A stretch of DNA of 64,000 bases from Gemmatimonadota bacterium. Lineage in GTDB: Bacteria; Gemmatimonadota; Gemmatimonadetes; Palauibacterales; KS3-K002. The notes beneath the pieces are model-generated. The model searched no databases. It saw nothing but the letters and a program-made list of their open reading frames with translations, and had not been told where the DNA came from. This document shows positions 1 to 10,105 of the stretch, piece by piece. How positions within the stretch are numbered: the first letter of the stretch is position 1; the number at the start of each line of letters is the position of its first letter. The stretch spans positions 146,669 to 210,668 of the forward strand of contig JBDHJS010000003.1 in assembly GCA_039586795.1 (NCBI GenBank), given 5' to 3'. A program made the position numbers and the translations under genes.

Positions 1-156
1 TCGGTTTGCTCGTTCCTGACGGAACGGGGAGCTGGATCCTCAAGCCACGCACGAACCTCGACCTGACGATCCGGTAGATTTGCTCATTGGTGAAAGGGGC
101 CTGGCCACGAACCGTGGTCAGGCCCCTCTTCTGTGTCTCAAGTACTACGGTCGTTC

Positions 157-627
157 CTACTTGTAGCTCTTGCGCGCTTCTGCTCGTGCCATCTCGAGAG
201 CCGTTCTTATCTCAGGATACTTGATCGACAGGATGTGAGCAGCCAGGAACGCCGCATTCTTGGTCCCATCGACGGCGACCGTTGCTACGGGGATTCCGGG
301 TGGCATCTGCACTGTCGACAACAGGGCATCCATTCCACCCAGCGACCCTGAGGTGAGCGGCACGCCGATCACCGGCAACAACGTGTGAGCGGCCACCGTG
401 CCGGCCAGGTGATTCGCCATGCCGGCACAGGCAATGAAGACCTCGATGCCAGCTTCCTCGGCCGAGCGAATGTAGTCGACGGTCATCTCGGGCGTTCGGT
501 GAGCCGACAATACTCTTATCTCGCAGGGCACGCCGAGACCCTTCAAAGTGTCCTGCGCCTTCTCGACGACAGGTAGATCGTTGGGACTACCCGTCAGTAT
601 TCCAACCAGCGGCACGTTCTTCGTCAT
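157..627 (-). CDS. purE: N5-carboxyaminoimidazole ribonucleotide mutase
   Basis: 156 aa with the PurE motifs GS-x-[25 protein letters not shown] and [18 protein letters not shown]. Confidence 0.96.
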   Translation of the reverse strand: MTKNVPLVGILTGSPNDLPVVEKAQDTLKGLGVPCEIRVLSAHRTPEMTVDYIRSAEEAGIEVFIACAGMANHLAGTVAAHTLLPVIGVPLTSGSLGGMDALLSTVQMPPGIPVATVAVDGTKNAAFLAAHILSIKYPEIRTALEMARAEARKSYK

Positions 628-913
628 CTCTCTTCCATCGGTAGTTGGTGTTCAGCGAAAACGGATTTGCACGGCCGCAAGATAGGGAAGCCGGGCCTTC
701 AAACCAACCCGGGCCCTCCGGCATCATAACAGTGCAGGATAGAGGCGCGACCTATATACAAAAGATATGGCGAGGAGACCCGTACACGGCCCGCAATGCC
801 CGCCCAGGCTGCCGGCGCGCCGCGCGCATGCGCGGCCTGATAGAGCAGGCCCGCGCGGGGGACCGTTCTGCTATATCGAGAGCACGTGGGTCGCGTCCCC
901 GGGCTGTACGTCC

Positions 914-997
914 GACTCACGGGTGACGCAACGCCAGCGGAAAAACGCCAGTGCTCAGATCGATGCCGCGCTGGAGGCCATGGCAGAGGGAGACTAG
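914..997 (+). pseudogene. possible C-terminal remnant of a tyrosine integrase next to the tRNA-Arg 3' end
   Basis: Frame reads DSRVTQRQRKNASAQIDAALEAMAEGD*, resembling the Y-S-H-V...A...IDAAL tail of phage/ICE integrases. It ends ~150 bp from the tRNA 3' end, and no upstream integrase body is visible. Confidence 0.3.
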
Positions 998-1046
998 CGG
1001 AACTCCGCCACAGGGCGGGTGTTTAGAGGGTACACTTAACGAACTG

Positions 1047-1079
1047 AACGGGCGGTAACTCCAATGATTACCGCCCGTT
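1047..1079. terminator. inverted repeat downstream of tRNA-Arg
   Basis: AACGGGCGGTAA-N9-TTACCGCCCGTT, a perfect 12-bp stem. Confidence 0.55.
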
Positions 1080-1149
1080 GTATGTCCGTGCGGCTGGCGA
1101 TCGTTGACCGTTGGTAGGCCGCCTGCGAAGTTTCTTAGCTTGAACAGAG

Positions 1150-1223
1150 TGGCCCTGGAGGGACTCGAACCCCCGACCTTCGGTTTAGGAAACCGCCGCT
1201 CTATCCGACTGAGCTACAGGGCC
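1150..1223 (-). tRNA. tRNA-Arg(CCT)
   Basis: Reverse complement GGCCCTGTAGCTCAGTCGGATAGAGCGGCGGTTTCCTAAACCGAAGGTCGGGGGTTCGAGTCCCTCCAGGGCCA folds as a cloverleaf with anticodon CCT. CCA is not encoded. Confidence 0.95.
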
Positions 1224-1287
1224 GCGCCCGAAAGGCTATTCAGGCCCGGTAACTCGTGTCAATGGCCCGTTGGAGGAACCGCAAGTA

Positions 1288-3080
1288 ATGAGAAGATATT
1301 TATTCGTTCTGGTAGCGTTGTCACTCGCCGCACCGACGGCTGGAGCCGCTCAAACGACCTTTATTGTCAACACCACAAACGACGTCGATGACTCGACCTG
1401 CGATGCGACCCACTGCAGTTTGCGCGAGGCCATCGATGCCGCAAATCAGACCGCCGGAACCGATACGATCGCGTTCAACATACCGGGAGGCGGCGGCGTT
1501 CAAATCATCAGTCCAGGTAGTGCGCTGCCTGTCATCACGGACCCCGTGGTAATCGACGGTACGTCCCAACCGGGTTTCTCCGACGAGCCCATCATCGGAC
1601 TCGATGGAAGTGGAGCGGGTACGGTGGACGGCCTCCACATCACCGCTGGCTCCAGCGTGGTTCGCGCTCTGGCGATCTACGCCTTCGATAACGGCATACT
1701 ACTCGATGTGAACGGAGGCAACACGGTGGTCGCGAGTGTCGTAGGCTCCACCGGTAAGGCCGTTCAATGCGAGGACCTCGGGAATACTGCTGCCGGCATC
1801 GTGGTTCAGAGCTCGGACAACGTCATCGGCGGCGCGTCACTCACCCTGTCTAACGAGATCGTCTGCAACACCACGGATGGAATCCGCATGACGACCTGGG
1901 CTTGGCAGACCTTGGGAACGGACGCGATGGGGTCCGGATCGAAAGCTCTACGGACAATACGATCGGTGGCACCGGCCTATTTCAAGGGAACTTCATCGTC
2001 CGCAACGTCGGGGACGGAGTCCGAATCGCTGGAGCCGCATCCGCTAACAACCGCATCGCTGGCAACACGATCGCGCAGAATGACGGGTACGGGATCCTTC
2101 TTCCCGACGCCGGAACTGGAAACGAGTTCGAGACCAATCACATCTCGGACAGCGGCCAGATGGGGATAGACCTGGGCGAGGATGGCGTCACTGAGAACGA
2201 CATCGGTGACACGGATACCGGCCCGAATGACTATCAGAACTACCCCGATATCAGCTCCGTCCGGATCGGCGGCGCAGTCTATATCGACGGCGCACTTCGC
2301 AGCACGGCCAGCACGAATTTCAGCATCGAGATATTCGAAAGCGAGTTCTGTGACGCGACTAATCATGGTGAAGGCGAGTCTTTCGTTACCCGAGAGGGCG
2401 TGACAACGGCCGCTAACGGAGAAGTGGACTTCCTCATCGTGGGCGCTGATGTAGAGCCCGGTGCCTACGTAACCGCTACCGCCACGAGCAACACCGGCAA
2501 CACATCCGAATTCTCACGCTGCGTCCAGGCCAGCGGATTCTCCGTGACCATCGTACCGGATACCACCATCGTCAATCGCGGAGGGATTGCGAGGTACGCG
2601 GTGGAAGTCATGCCGGTTGGCGGCTCCTACAATGCAGAAGTGGCCCTGCGCTGCAACGAAAAGCCGGTTCTTACCGCTTGCACTTTCTCTCAGGACACCG
2701 TGATTCCTGGAGCGAATGGAGTGACCTCATTCCTCGAGATTCAGACGAGCGCCTCGGGAACCTCGAGCCTCAGCGTCGCCGAAGGTCAAGGCACCGGCGG
2801 CGGCCCGTTCTGGCCGGGCGCCCTCGTGATAGGGCTGCCCGCAATCGCTCTTTTGGGGCTGATCCTCTCGAGGGAAGACCGCCGGGCACGCCGGTTGGCG
2901 ATTCCGGTCGTAGCGGTGCTCGTTTTGGCTGGCGCGGCGATGCAAGCTGGCTGCAGTGAGGACGGGGTCAATGGGCCTCCCGGAGGCGGCACACCGTTAG
3001 GCGCACACCGGATTGTCGTCCAGTCCAAGTCGGATCCAATCATCCAGCTTTCGACGACAACTCTCGTCGTCACGCCGTAG
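1288..3080 (+). pseudogene. CSLREA-domain / parallel beta-helix surface protein, split by a frameshift near 1890
   Basis: GGAGG at 1272 and ATG at 1288, then a signal peptide and VNTTND...HCSLREAIDAAN. Coherent beta-helix sequence switches from the 1270 frame to the 1902 frame around 1885-1900 (GIRM / DDLGLADLGNGRDGVRI). The second part has GIDLGEDGVTENDIGDTDTGPNDYQNYP, TATATSNTGNTSEFS and C-terminal TM segments. Confidence 0.8.
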
Positions 3081-3102
3081 AGACGTCGGAGCCCGATCCA
3101 AG

Positions 3103-3477
3103 GTGCCTATCCATTTCGACCGGGATGATTTCGAGCGACTCGTCCAGTCGGCCCTGGACGAACTACCTGACGAGTTCGCCGAGCGTCTGGATAATATCGC
3201 GGTTGTCGTGAAGGAAGAGCCGGACCCAGCGGACTTGCGTGAGCTCGGCCTCGACGAGGAATCGGACTCCGACGAGTTGTTCGGTCTCTACGTTGGCGTG
3301 CCTATTATCGATCGCGGCAGCTCGTACACCGGTCTCCCCGACTGCGTCTATATCTACATGGGACCGATCTCGCGGGCCTGCGCCACTTCGGAGGAAGTCG
3401 TTCGCGAGGTCCGTGACACTGTCATCCACGAGCTCGGCCATCACTTCGGCCTGAGCGACGCCGACATGCCGTACTAG
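3103..3477 (+). CDS. zincin-like minimal metallopeptidase family protein
   Basis: FERLVQSALDELP, LFGLYVGVP and VRDTVIHELGHHFG (HExxH). The start is taken at GTG 3103, after the upstream stop. Confidence 0.88.
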   Translation: MPIHFDRDDFERLVQSALDELPDEFAERLDNIAVVVKEEPDPADLRELGLDEESDSDELFGLYVGVPIIDRGSSYTGLPDCVYIYMGPISRACATSEEVVREVRDTVIHELGHHFGLSDADMPY

Positions 3478-3516
3478 AGGGACTCGGGGATTCGGGGATT
3501 ACGAGACTAGGGGTTT

Positions 3517-4581
3517 ATGAGATTGAGGGGGTCGGTAATGCTGAAGATCCCGGTTCTACTCATCACCATCCTACTCCATTCGGCAGGGATCGCATCTGCT
3601 CAGTGGTTACTGCAGAACAGTGGAACCGATGCCGAGTTCCGAGGCATCAGCGCGGCGAGTGACTCCGTCGTTTGGGCTGCCGGCCGCAACGGGACGTTTG
3701 CACGAACCGTAGATGGTGGCGCCACCTGGCGTGCGGACACAGTCCCCGGCGCAACCTCTCTCTTCTTCATCGATGTGCACGCCGTCTCTGACAGCGTGGC
3801 TTATCTTCTGGGCACGAGCTTCGATGGTGGCCTTGCCAGGATCTACAAGACGAGAGACGGCGGCGCCCGCTGGACGGAGGTCTACAGCAACGGCGCCCCC
3901 GGCGTGTTCTTCGACGGTCTGGCCTTTTGGGATTCGGAGCGCGGCATCGCGTTTAGCGATCCTGTCGATGGCGCCTTCCTGATCATCAGCACCGCCAACG
4001 GCGGAGCGACCTGGGAGACGGTTCCGCCGGAGAACGCTCCTCAGCCGCTCTCCGGCGAGGCCGGGTTCGCCGCCAGCGGCACGGCAATCACCGTCGCTCC
4101 GGGCGGTCGCGTCTGGATCGGTACCGGCGGCGCCGGATCGGCCAGGGTGCTGATGTCGAACGACTGGGGTCAGACGTGGACGGCCGCGACGACATCGCTA
4201 CCCGCCAGTGAATCCGCCGGTATCTTCGGGATCGCGTTCCGAGATCCGCAGGTCGGCGTGGCAGTCGGCGGCGATTACCAGGCGCCTAACGACTCCAGCC
4301 TTAACGTTCTTCAGACAATCGATGGCGGCCAGACCTGGACGTTGGTCAGCCGATCTCTCCCGTATGGCGTCCGCTACGGTGTGGCCTACGTCCGCGTAGG
4401 AGAGACCTGGTTTCTGGTGGCCGTGGGTCCGTCCGGTTGGGGTTATTCGACCGACGATGGTGCGACCTGGAGATACATCGACTCCCTCGGCTACAACACG
4501 GCTGGCGCCGCTCCCGGCGGCCCCGTGTGGGCGGCCGGCGTTGACGGAAGAATAGCCAAGTTCCGGCCTCCAGCTCGCTGA
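3517..4581 (+). CDS. secreted BNR/YCF48-like beta-propeller protein
   Basis: Signal peptide followed by repeated S/T-x-DGG-x-TW Asp-box motifs. The start may instead be ATG 3538. Confidence 0.85.
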   Translation: MRLRGSVMLKIPVLLITILLHSAGIASAQWLLQNSGTDAEFRGISAASDSVVWAAGRNGTFARTVDGGATWRADTVPGATSLFFIDVHAVSDSVAYLLGTSFDGGLARIYKTRDGGARWTEVYSNGAPGVFFDGLAFWDSERGIAFSDPVDGAFLIISTANGGATWETVPPENAPQPLSGEAGFAASGTAITVAPGGRVWIGTGGAGSARVLMSNDWGQTWTAATTSLPASESAGIFGIAFRDPQVGVAVGGDYQAPNDSSLNVLQTIDGGQTWTLVSRSLPYGVRYGVAYVRVGETWFLVAVGPSGWGYSTDDGATWRYIDSLGYNTAGAAPGGPVWAAGVDGRIAKFRPPAR

Positions 4582-4751
4582 GGGCACGGGCGAGAACCGG
4601 GCACGTATCTTGACCTTCTAGGCGGGGTCCCACCGGTTCGGGACCCGGAATCCCTTACCCTACATGGGGTTCACCCACTCCCCCGTTTCATAAGAATCTT
4701 GTCGTTTTGCAATCCCGTCGTGCAAAAAACCCGACGGCGCGAGGTATACCA

Positions 4752-5501
4752 ATGTCCGAGGTCAGCCATCAGTCCGAGTCCATCCGAGAGGCCATACAGC
4801 GCCTGACCGAATTTGCCGTTGAGCAAATGGAGAAGGGCGCGAACCGGGAGACGGTCAAAGGGCGCCTCATGGAACGCGGGGTTCAGGAGGATATCGCGGT
4901 CGAGATCGTCGCCAGGGCCTTCGGGTCGGCGGAGCCGGCGGCCACCGCCGTCGAGACCGCGGATACACCTCAGTCTACCGACCCGGCCATTGCGGCCGAC
5001 CTGGCTGAAGTCCCCGCAGAGGTCGCGGAGGAGGAGTTCAGTCTTCAGGCGCTGGCGCCGGCCATCGGCGGGGGTGCCGCCGGAGCGCTGATCGGCGGGA
5101 TCGTCTGGGGCCTGATCGCGAGCGCGACCGGCTACGAGATCGGCTGGGTCGCCTGGGGCGTCGGCTGGCTGGCTGGTTTCGGCGTTGTTCTGGCGGCCCG
5201 CGGCCAACGCGGAAAGCCCCTGCAGCTGGTCGCTGCCGCTGCGGCCGTGTTTGGCATATTCGTCGGCAAGTACCTGACGTTTTTCGCCGCCTTCAAGCAG
5301 TACGTCGGCGAAGAGTATGGCGCGGAGGCCGTGACCCAATTGTCCGTCTTCTCCGTCGGTGTCATGCAGTTGTTCGGATCCAGCCTTGGGCTGATGCTCA
5401 GCGGCTTCGACGCACTATGGGTGATACTCGCCGTTGCCACCGCCTGGGGGATTCCGAAAGCCAAGAGCATCGAGCTGCAACCTGCAGCCGAGACGGCCTA
5501 G
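4752..5501 (+). CDS. hypothetical membrane protein
   Basis: GAGG RBS before ATG 4752, an acidic N-terminal domain, then several Gly/Ala-rich TM helices (GYEIGWVAWGVG). Confidence 0.75.
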   Translation: MSEVSHQSESIREAIQRLTEFAVEQMEKGANRETVKGRLMERGVQEDIAVEIVARAFGSAEPAATAVETADTPQSTDPAIAADLAEVPAEVAEEEFSLQALAPAIGGGAAGALIGGIVWGLIASATGYEIGWVAWGVGWLAGFGVVLAARGQRGKPLQLVAAAAAVFGIFVGKYLTFFAAFKQYVGEEYGAEAVTQLSVFSVGVMQLFGSSLGLMLSGFDALWVILAVATAWGIPKAKSIELQPAAETA

Positions 5502-6000
5502 CAAAGCACACACGAGCCCGCCGCCTGACCCGTAGACGGCGTGGCATGTCAGTTGGGAGGATGGTTTGGGACAGACGGCCAACAGGATCTGGAAGGTAGA
5601 GCGCCGCGACGCAGAGAGGGACTCGACAGCGACAAGGGACGACCGTGCTACCGCACTTGTGACGATAGAAGAAGTACTCCGACCACCGGATACCACCACC
5701 ACCGCAGCTGTAACCTGTCCTGAGCGCGATGCCAGTCGCTCGAATCACCATCTGCCTAGCAGCGTTCCGACACCCGTCACTGTTCGCCGCCCGAATACAA
5801 GGCGTGCCCGGCGTTTCCGCTTGAAGAAGCGATTCGCGATCGTGGCGCTGGCTATTGGATTGGCAATATCGGTTGGCCTGCTGGCCGGCTCGCGGCTCAA
5901 TAGCGCCAATGATCATCCGGCTGTGTCGGGCGCGTACGGCATACCGGAAGTGCCGGGCCATCCCGGCGGCGGGTACTAGCCTCAGGAAACGCCCAGCACC

Positions 6001-6552
6001 TTACGGCTGCCTGAGATCGAAGCCCAAGTAGCCGTCGATCCACAAGTAGTCGCTGTTCTCTCCTCCCCTGAACACCATGTAGAAGCTTGTCCCGACCAGC
6101 ACCGTCAGGTGCTCCGATACCTCCAGCCCCAGACCCCCACCAAGCTGAAGTCCGCCGTCCCAGCGTCGACCGTTCGAGACCTGATCCTTGGTTACAAACG
6201 CGCCGAGTCCAATCAAGGCGAACGGATCGTAGGCTCCCCAGCTACCCACTGCCTTCGCTATCAGCGACAGATCGATAATCCCCTCATTGTCCACGGTGCC
6301 CGGCAGCGGCTCGTGGTCGAACGAGTGAAACGCGAGCTGAGCGCCCACCCTCGTCATTGGACTCAGCGTGTACTCGCCGCGCGCCCCGGCCACGAAGCCC
6401 GGATCGAAGTGCACGTTCATATCCCCTACCGGCCACCCAGCGCCCAGCATGAAGCTCGCGCGGAGGTAGTGATCGGCTGGTTCCTCCTGGCCCGCTGCGG
6501 GTAACGCTTGCAGCATCAGCATTGCGAAGGCTAGGGCATGCCGATTCAGCAC
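6001..6552 (-). CDS. outer-membrane beta-barrel protein (OmpA/W-like)
   Basis: Signal peptide and amphipathic beta-strands (PFALIGLG, GGLQLGGGLGLEV). Confidence 0.7.
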   Translation of the reverse strand: MLNRHALAFAMLMLQALPAAGQEEPADHYLRASFMLGAGWPVGDMNVHFDPGFVAGARGEYTLSPMTRVGAQLAFHSFDHEPLPGTVDNEGIIDLSLIAKAVGSWGAYDPFALIGLGAFVTKDQVSNGRRWDGGLQLGGGLGLEVSEHLTVLVGTSFYMVFRGGENSDYLWIDGYLGFDLRQP

Positions 6553-6752
6553 TGGCTCTCCCGAGGTCTATGGTCGAAGGCGGAGGGGCCGTGGGCGTAG
6601 GGGTGCGTGTCCTAGATACAATGAGGCAGGCGCCTCGTGCAAGATGCAGCCTCCGTCAGACCGATTGACAAGCCCGTTTCGCCTGCCGTCCCGCCGCACT
6701 ACCTTGTGCCGTCAAGCTCCAATCCAGCGAGATATCATTACCGGGAGGAGAG

Positions 6753-9700
6753 ATGATTAGACGACTCGCACTCCTGCTGGCCTTAGTACTTCTCGTACCC
6801 AAGGCGCCGGCAGTGGCGCAGGGCGACAACGGCACGCCGCAGCTGAATTCCGGTCTGCTGAACGCTCTGAGTATGCGCAACATCGGCCCAGCTCTGATGT
6901 CGGGCCGGGTGAGCGACATCGCGGTGGACCCGACGAACCATAGCGTCTGGTATGTCGCGATGGCGTCCGGGAACCTGTGGAAGACAGAGAACGCCGGCAC
7001 AACCTGGCGTCCGATCTTCGATAGGTACGCTTCCTATTCCGTGGGCGCCGTGACGGTAGACCCAAAAGACCCACTGACCATCTGGGTCGGCACCGGCGAG
7101 AACAACAGCCAGCGAAGCGTCGCGTACGGCGACGGAGTGTACAAGTCCACGAACGGGGGTCGGAGCTTTACAAACGTAGGGCTGAAAGACTCCGAGCACA
7201 TCGGGATGATTCGCGTCGACCCACGCAACTCGGACGTCGTCTACGTCGCGGCGCAGGGCCCGCTCTGGGCCCCGGGTGGCGACCGCGGGCTGTACAAGAC
7301 AACTGACGGTGGCGCGACATGGGACCTGGTTCTAGAGATCGACGAAAACACTGGGGTGTCCGAAGTCTACTTCGAGACCGGCAACCCGGATGTCGTGTAC
7401 GCCGTCTCTTACCAGCGTCGGCGCCACGTCTGGACGCTGATCGACGGCGGTCCGGGTAGCGGGATCTGGAAATCGACGGACGCCGGAGCGACCTGGAACA
7501 AGATCAACAGCGGCCTGCCTAGCGGGGACAAAGGCAAGATCGGGATGGCCGTTTCACCCATCCGGCCCAACGTTCTCTACGCGATCGTCGAGGCGACAGG
7601 CAACCGCGGCGGCTTCTACAAGTCAGAGAACGGCGGGCAGAACTGGTCGAGGCAGTCCAGCTACGTCAGCGGCAGCCCGCAGTACTACAATGAGATCTTT
7701 GCCGACCCGCACAAATTCGACCGCCTCTACTCCATGGACACTCGCCTCATGGGCTCGGACGACGGCGGAGAGAATTGGTACCGTGTCGGCGAACGTTGGA
7801 AGCACGTCGACAACCACGCGCTGTGGATCGATCCGAAAGATGCGAACCACTTCGTGGTAGGCTGCGACGGCGGCCTCTACGAGACATTCGACCGCGGCGC
7901 CAACTACAAGTTCTTCCCCAACCTGCCCGCTACCCAGTTCTACAAGGTCGCGGTCAGCAACGACGAGCCGTTCTACTACGTCTACGGCGGAACGCAGGAC
8001 AACAACACGCAGGGCGGTCCGGTGCGTACCGACAACGTACACGGCATTCGCAATAGCGACTGGTTCATCACAGTAGGCGGCGACGGATTCGATCCGGCGG
8101 TCGATCCGGTAGAGCCGAACATCGTCTACTCGCAGTGGCAGTACGGCGGCCTGATCCGGTTCGACCGGGCCACCGGGGAAACGGTGGACATCAAGCCGCG
8201 CGAATCGCGCGAAGGGCCGCCGCTACGCTGGAATTGGGACTCAGCGCTGCTCATCAGCCCGCACTCCAACACGCGAGTCTACTTCGCGGCGCAGATCCTC
8301 TTCCAAAGCGACGATCGCGGGAATACCTGGCGTGCGATCAGCGGCGATCTGACGCGGAACATGGATCGCAACACGCTGCCGGTGATGGGCCGGATCTACG
8401 GCGTTGACGCCGTTGCCAAGAACCGCTCGACGTCGCTGTACGGAACCATCGTAGCGCTGACCGAGTCGCCGTTGGTCGAAGGATTGATCTACGTCGGCAC
8501 CGACGATGGCCTGGTCCAGGTCACCGAAGACGGCGGAGAGAACTGGCGGGAGATCGACGGCATCGGCGACGTCCCCGAGATGACTTACGTGAGCGATCTC
8601 GAGGCCTCGCTCCACAACGAAAACACCGTGTTTGCCGTGTTCAACAACCACAAGAACGGCGACTTTCTGCCTTTCGTGTACAAGAGCACGAACCGCGGCG
8701 GCTCGTGGACAAACATCACCGGCGACCTGCCGGAGCGGGGCTCGGCTCATACGATCGTACAGGATCACGTCAATCCGAACCTGCTCTTCGTCGGTACAGA
8801 ATTCGGCATCTTCGCGACACTCAACGGCGGAACGAACTGGATCCAGCTTAAGGGCGGCATGCCGACGATTGCGGTCCGAGACCTGGAGATTCAGCGGCGC
8901 GAGAACGATCTGGTCGCCGCCTCGTTCGGCCGCAGCTTCTTCGTTCTGGACGACTACACGCCGCTGCGTGATCTAAACACGCAGTTGCTTCAGGCCGATG
9001 CTCACATCTTCCCGATCAAGACCGCTGATCTGTACATCCAGCGGCGATCGCTCGGTGGTGGGGAGAAGGCATCACAGGGCTCGATGTTCTACACGGCGCC
9101 CAACCCGCCTTTCGGCGCGACCTTCACGGTCTACCTGAAGGACTCGCTGAAGACCAACCGAGCGCAACGGCAGGAGCGCGAGCGCGAGGCGGCACGTGAG
9201 GGAGAGGACACGCCGTATCCGAGCTGGGAAGCGCTGAAAGCGGAGGACCGCGAGGAAGGCCCCGTTGTGATCCTGACGATCCGCGACCAGAGCGGCGCTG
9301 TTGTTCGTCGCCTCGATGGACCGACATCGGCAGGAATGCACCGTCTGACATGGGATCTCCGGTACCCGGGCGTTGGACCGATCAGCATGAACAGCCAGGG
9401 CCGTGGCCCACTGGTCGTGCCCGGCACCTACACCGTCGAGATTCATAAGCGGGTTGACGGAGTGATTACCGAGCTGGCGCCGGCCACGCCGTTCCAGGTA
9501 GAAGTGCTCGGGACTCCCACCTTGCCGCCCGCCGATCGCGAGGCACTGCTCGCCTTCCAGATGCAGGTAGGCGATTTGCAGCGCGCCGTGCAGGGAGCCA
9601 GCCGGGCAGCGGCCGACGCCGAAGAACAGATTGGCTTCATCAAGCGGGCAATCGAGATTTCACCTCAGGTCGATGTAGCTTTGAGGAACGAGGCGCGCTC

Positions 9701-10016
9701 TCTAGAGATTAGGCTGATGGACCTTCGGGAAGCGCTGGGCGGCGATCCGACCAAGCGACGTCGTAGCGAATCGGCGATGCCGGGCATCCAGAGCCGCATC
9801 AGTACGGTGGTGTTCGGCAGTATGTCCAGCACATCCGCTCCCACCGCGACGCAGCAGCAGGGCTACGAGATCGCTGCGTCCTTGTTCACGGAGATCTACA
9901 ACGACCTCAGCCAGTTGATCGAAGTGGATCTGCCGGCCTTCCAGCAGCGGCTAGAGGCGGCTGGTGTTCCCTGGACACCGGGTCGCGGGATGCCGGACTG
10001 GAATGGAGGAAACTGA
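6753..10016 (+). CDS. sortilin/VPS10-like BNR-repeat secreted protein (often annotated glycosyl hydrolase)
   Basis: GGAGG RBS, signal peptide, RNIGPALMSGRVSDIAV, many YKS/T-x-DGG-x-TW repeats, GGTQDN and a C-terminal helical bundle. Confidence 0.9.
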   Translation: MIRRLALLLALVLLVPKAPAVAQGDNGTPQLNSGLLNALSMRNIGPALMSGRVSDIAVDPTNHSVWYVAMASGNLWKTENAGTTWRPIFDRYASYSVGAVTVDPKDPLTIWVGTGENNSQRSVAYGDGVYKSTNGGRSFTNVGLKDSEHIGMIRVDPRNSDVVYVAAQGPLWAPGGDRGLYKTTDGGATWDLVLEIDENTGVSEVYFETGNPDVVYAVSYQRRRHVWTLIDGGPGSGIWKSTDAGATWNKINSGLPSGDKGKIGMAVSPIRPNVLYAIVEATGNRGGFYKSENGGQNWSRQSSYVSGSPQYYNEIFADPHKFDRLYSMDTRLMGSDDGGENWYRVGERWKHVDNHALWIDPKDANHFVVGCDGGLYETFDRGANYKFFPNLPATQFYKVAVSNDEPFYYVYGGTQDNNTQGGPVRTDNVHGIRNSDWFITVGGDGFDPAVDPVEPNIVYSQWQYGGLIRFDRATGETVDIKPRESREGPPLRWNWDSALLISPHSNTRVYFAAQILFQSDDRGNTWRAISGDLTRNMDRNTLPVMGRIYGVDAVAKNRSTSLYGTIVALTESPLVEGLIYVGTDDGLVQVTEDGGENWREIDGIGDVPEMTYVSDLEASLHNENTVFAVFNNHKNGDFLPFVYKSTNRGGSWTNITGDLPERGSAHTIVQDHVNPNLLFVGTEFGIFATLNGGTNWIQLKGGMPTIAVRDLEIQRRENDLVAASFGRSFFVLDDYTPLRDLNTQLLQADAHIFPIKTADLYIQRRSLGGGEKASQGSMFYTAPNPPFGATFTVYLKDSLKTNRAQRQEREREAAREGEDTPYPSWEALKAEDREEGPVVILTIRDQSGAVVRRLDGPTSAGMHRLTWDLRYPGVGPISMNSQGRGPLVVPGTYTVEIHKRVDGVITELAPATPFQVEVLGTPTLPPADREALLAFQMQVGDLQRAVQGASRAAADAEEQIGFIKRAIEISPQVDVALRNEARSLEIRLMDLREALGGDPTKRRRSESAMPGIQSRISTVVFGSMSSTSAPTATQQQGYEIAASLFTEIYNDLSQLIEVDLPAFQQRLEAAGVPWTPGRGMPDWNGGN

Positions 10017-10040
10017 AATAAGCGGTGAGCAGTAGGTGGT

Positions 10041-10083
10041 AGGGGGTAGGGAGTGATCGCAACCGATCTACTCCCTACCCCCT
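10041..10083. repeat. GGGGTAG-type palindromic intergenic repeat / bidirectional terminator
   Basis: AGGGGGTAGGGAGT-GATCG...CGATC-T-ACTCCCTACCCCCT hairpin between convergent genes. Confidence 0.7.
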
Positions 10084-10105
10084 TCCTCTATCGCGGCCCG
10101 ATCGT

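Noticed and set aside
1..156. Possible gene start on the minus strand running off the window edge
   Set aside because: An open frame exists, but no convincing start, RBS or motif is visible in so short a stretch.
5566..5979. 137-aa ORF with one hydrophobic segment
   Set aside because: There is no recognisable motif or clear RBS, and the N-terminus is low-complexity. A short real gene may exist here but cannot be supported.
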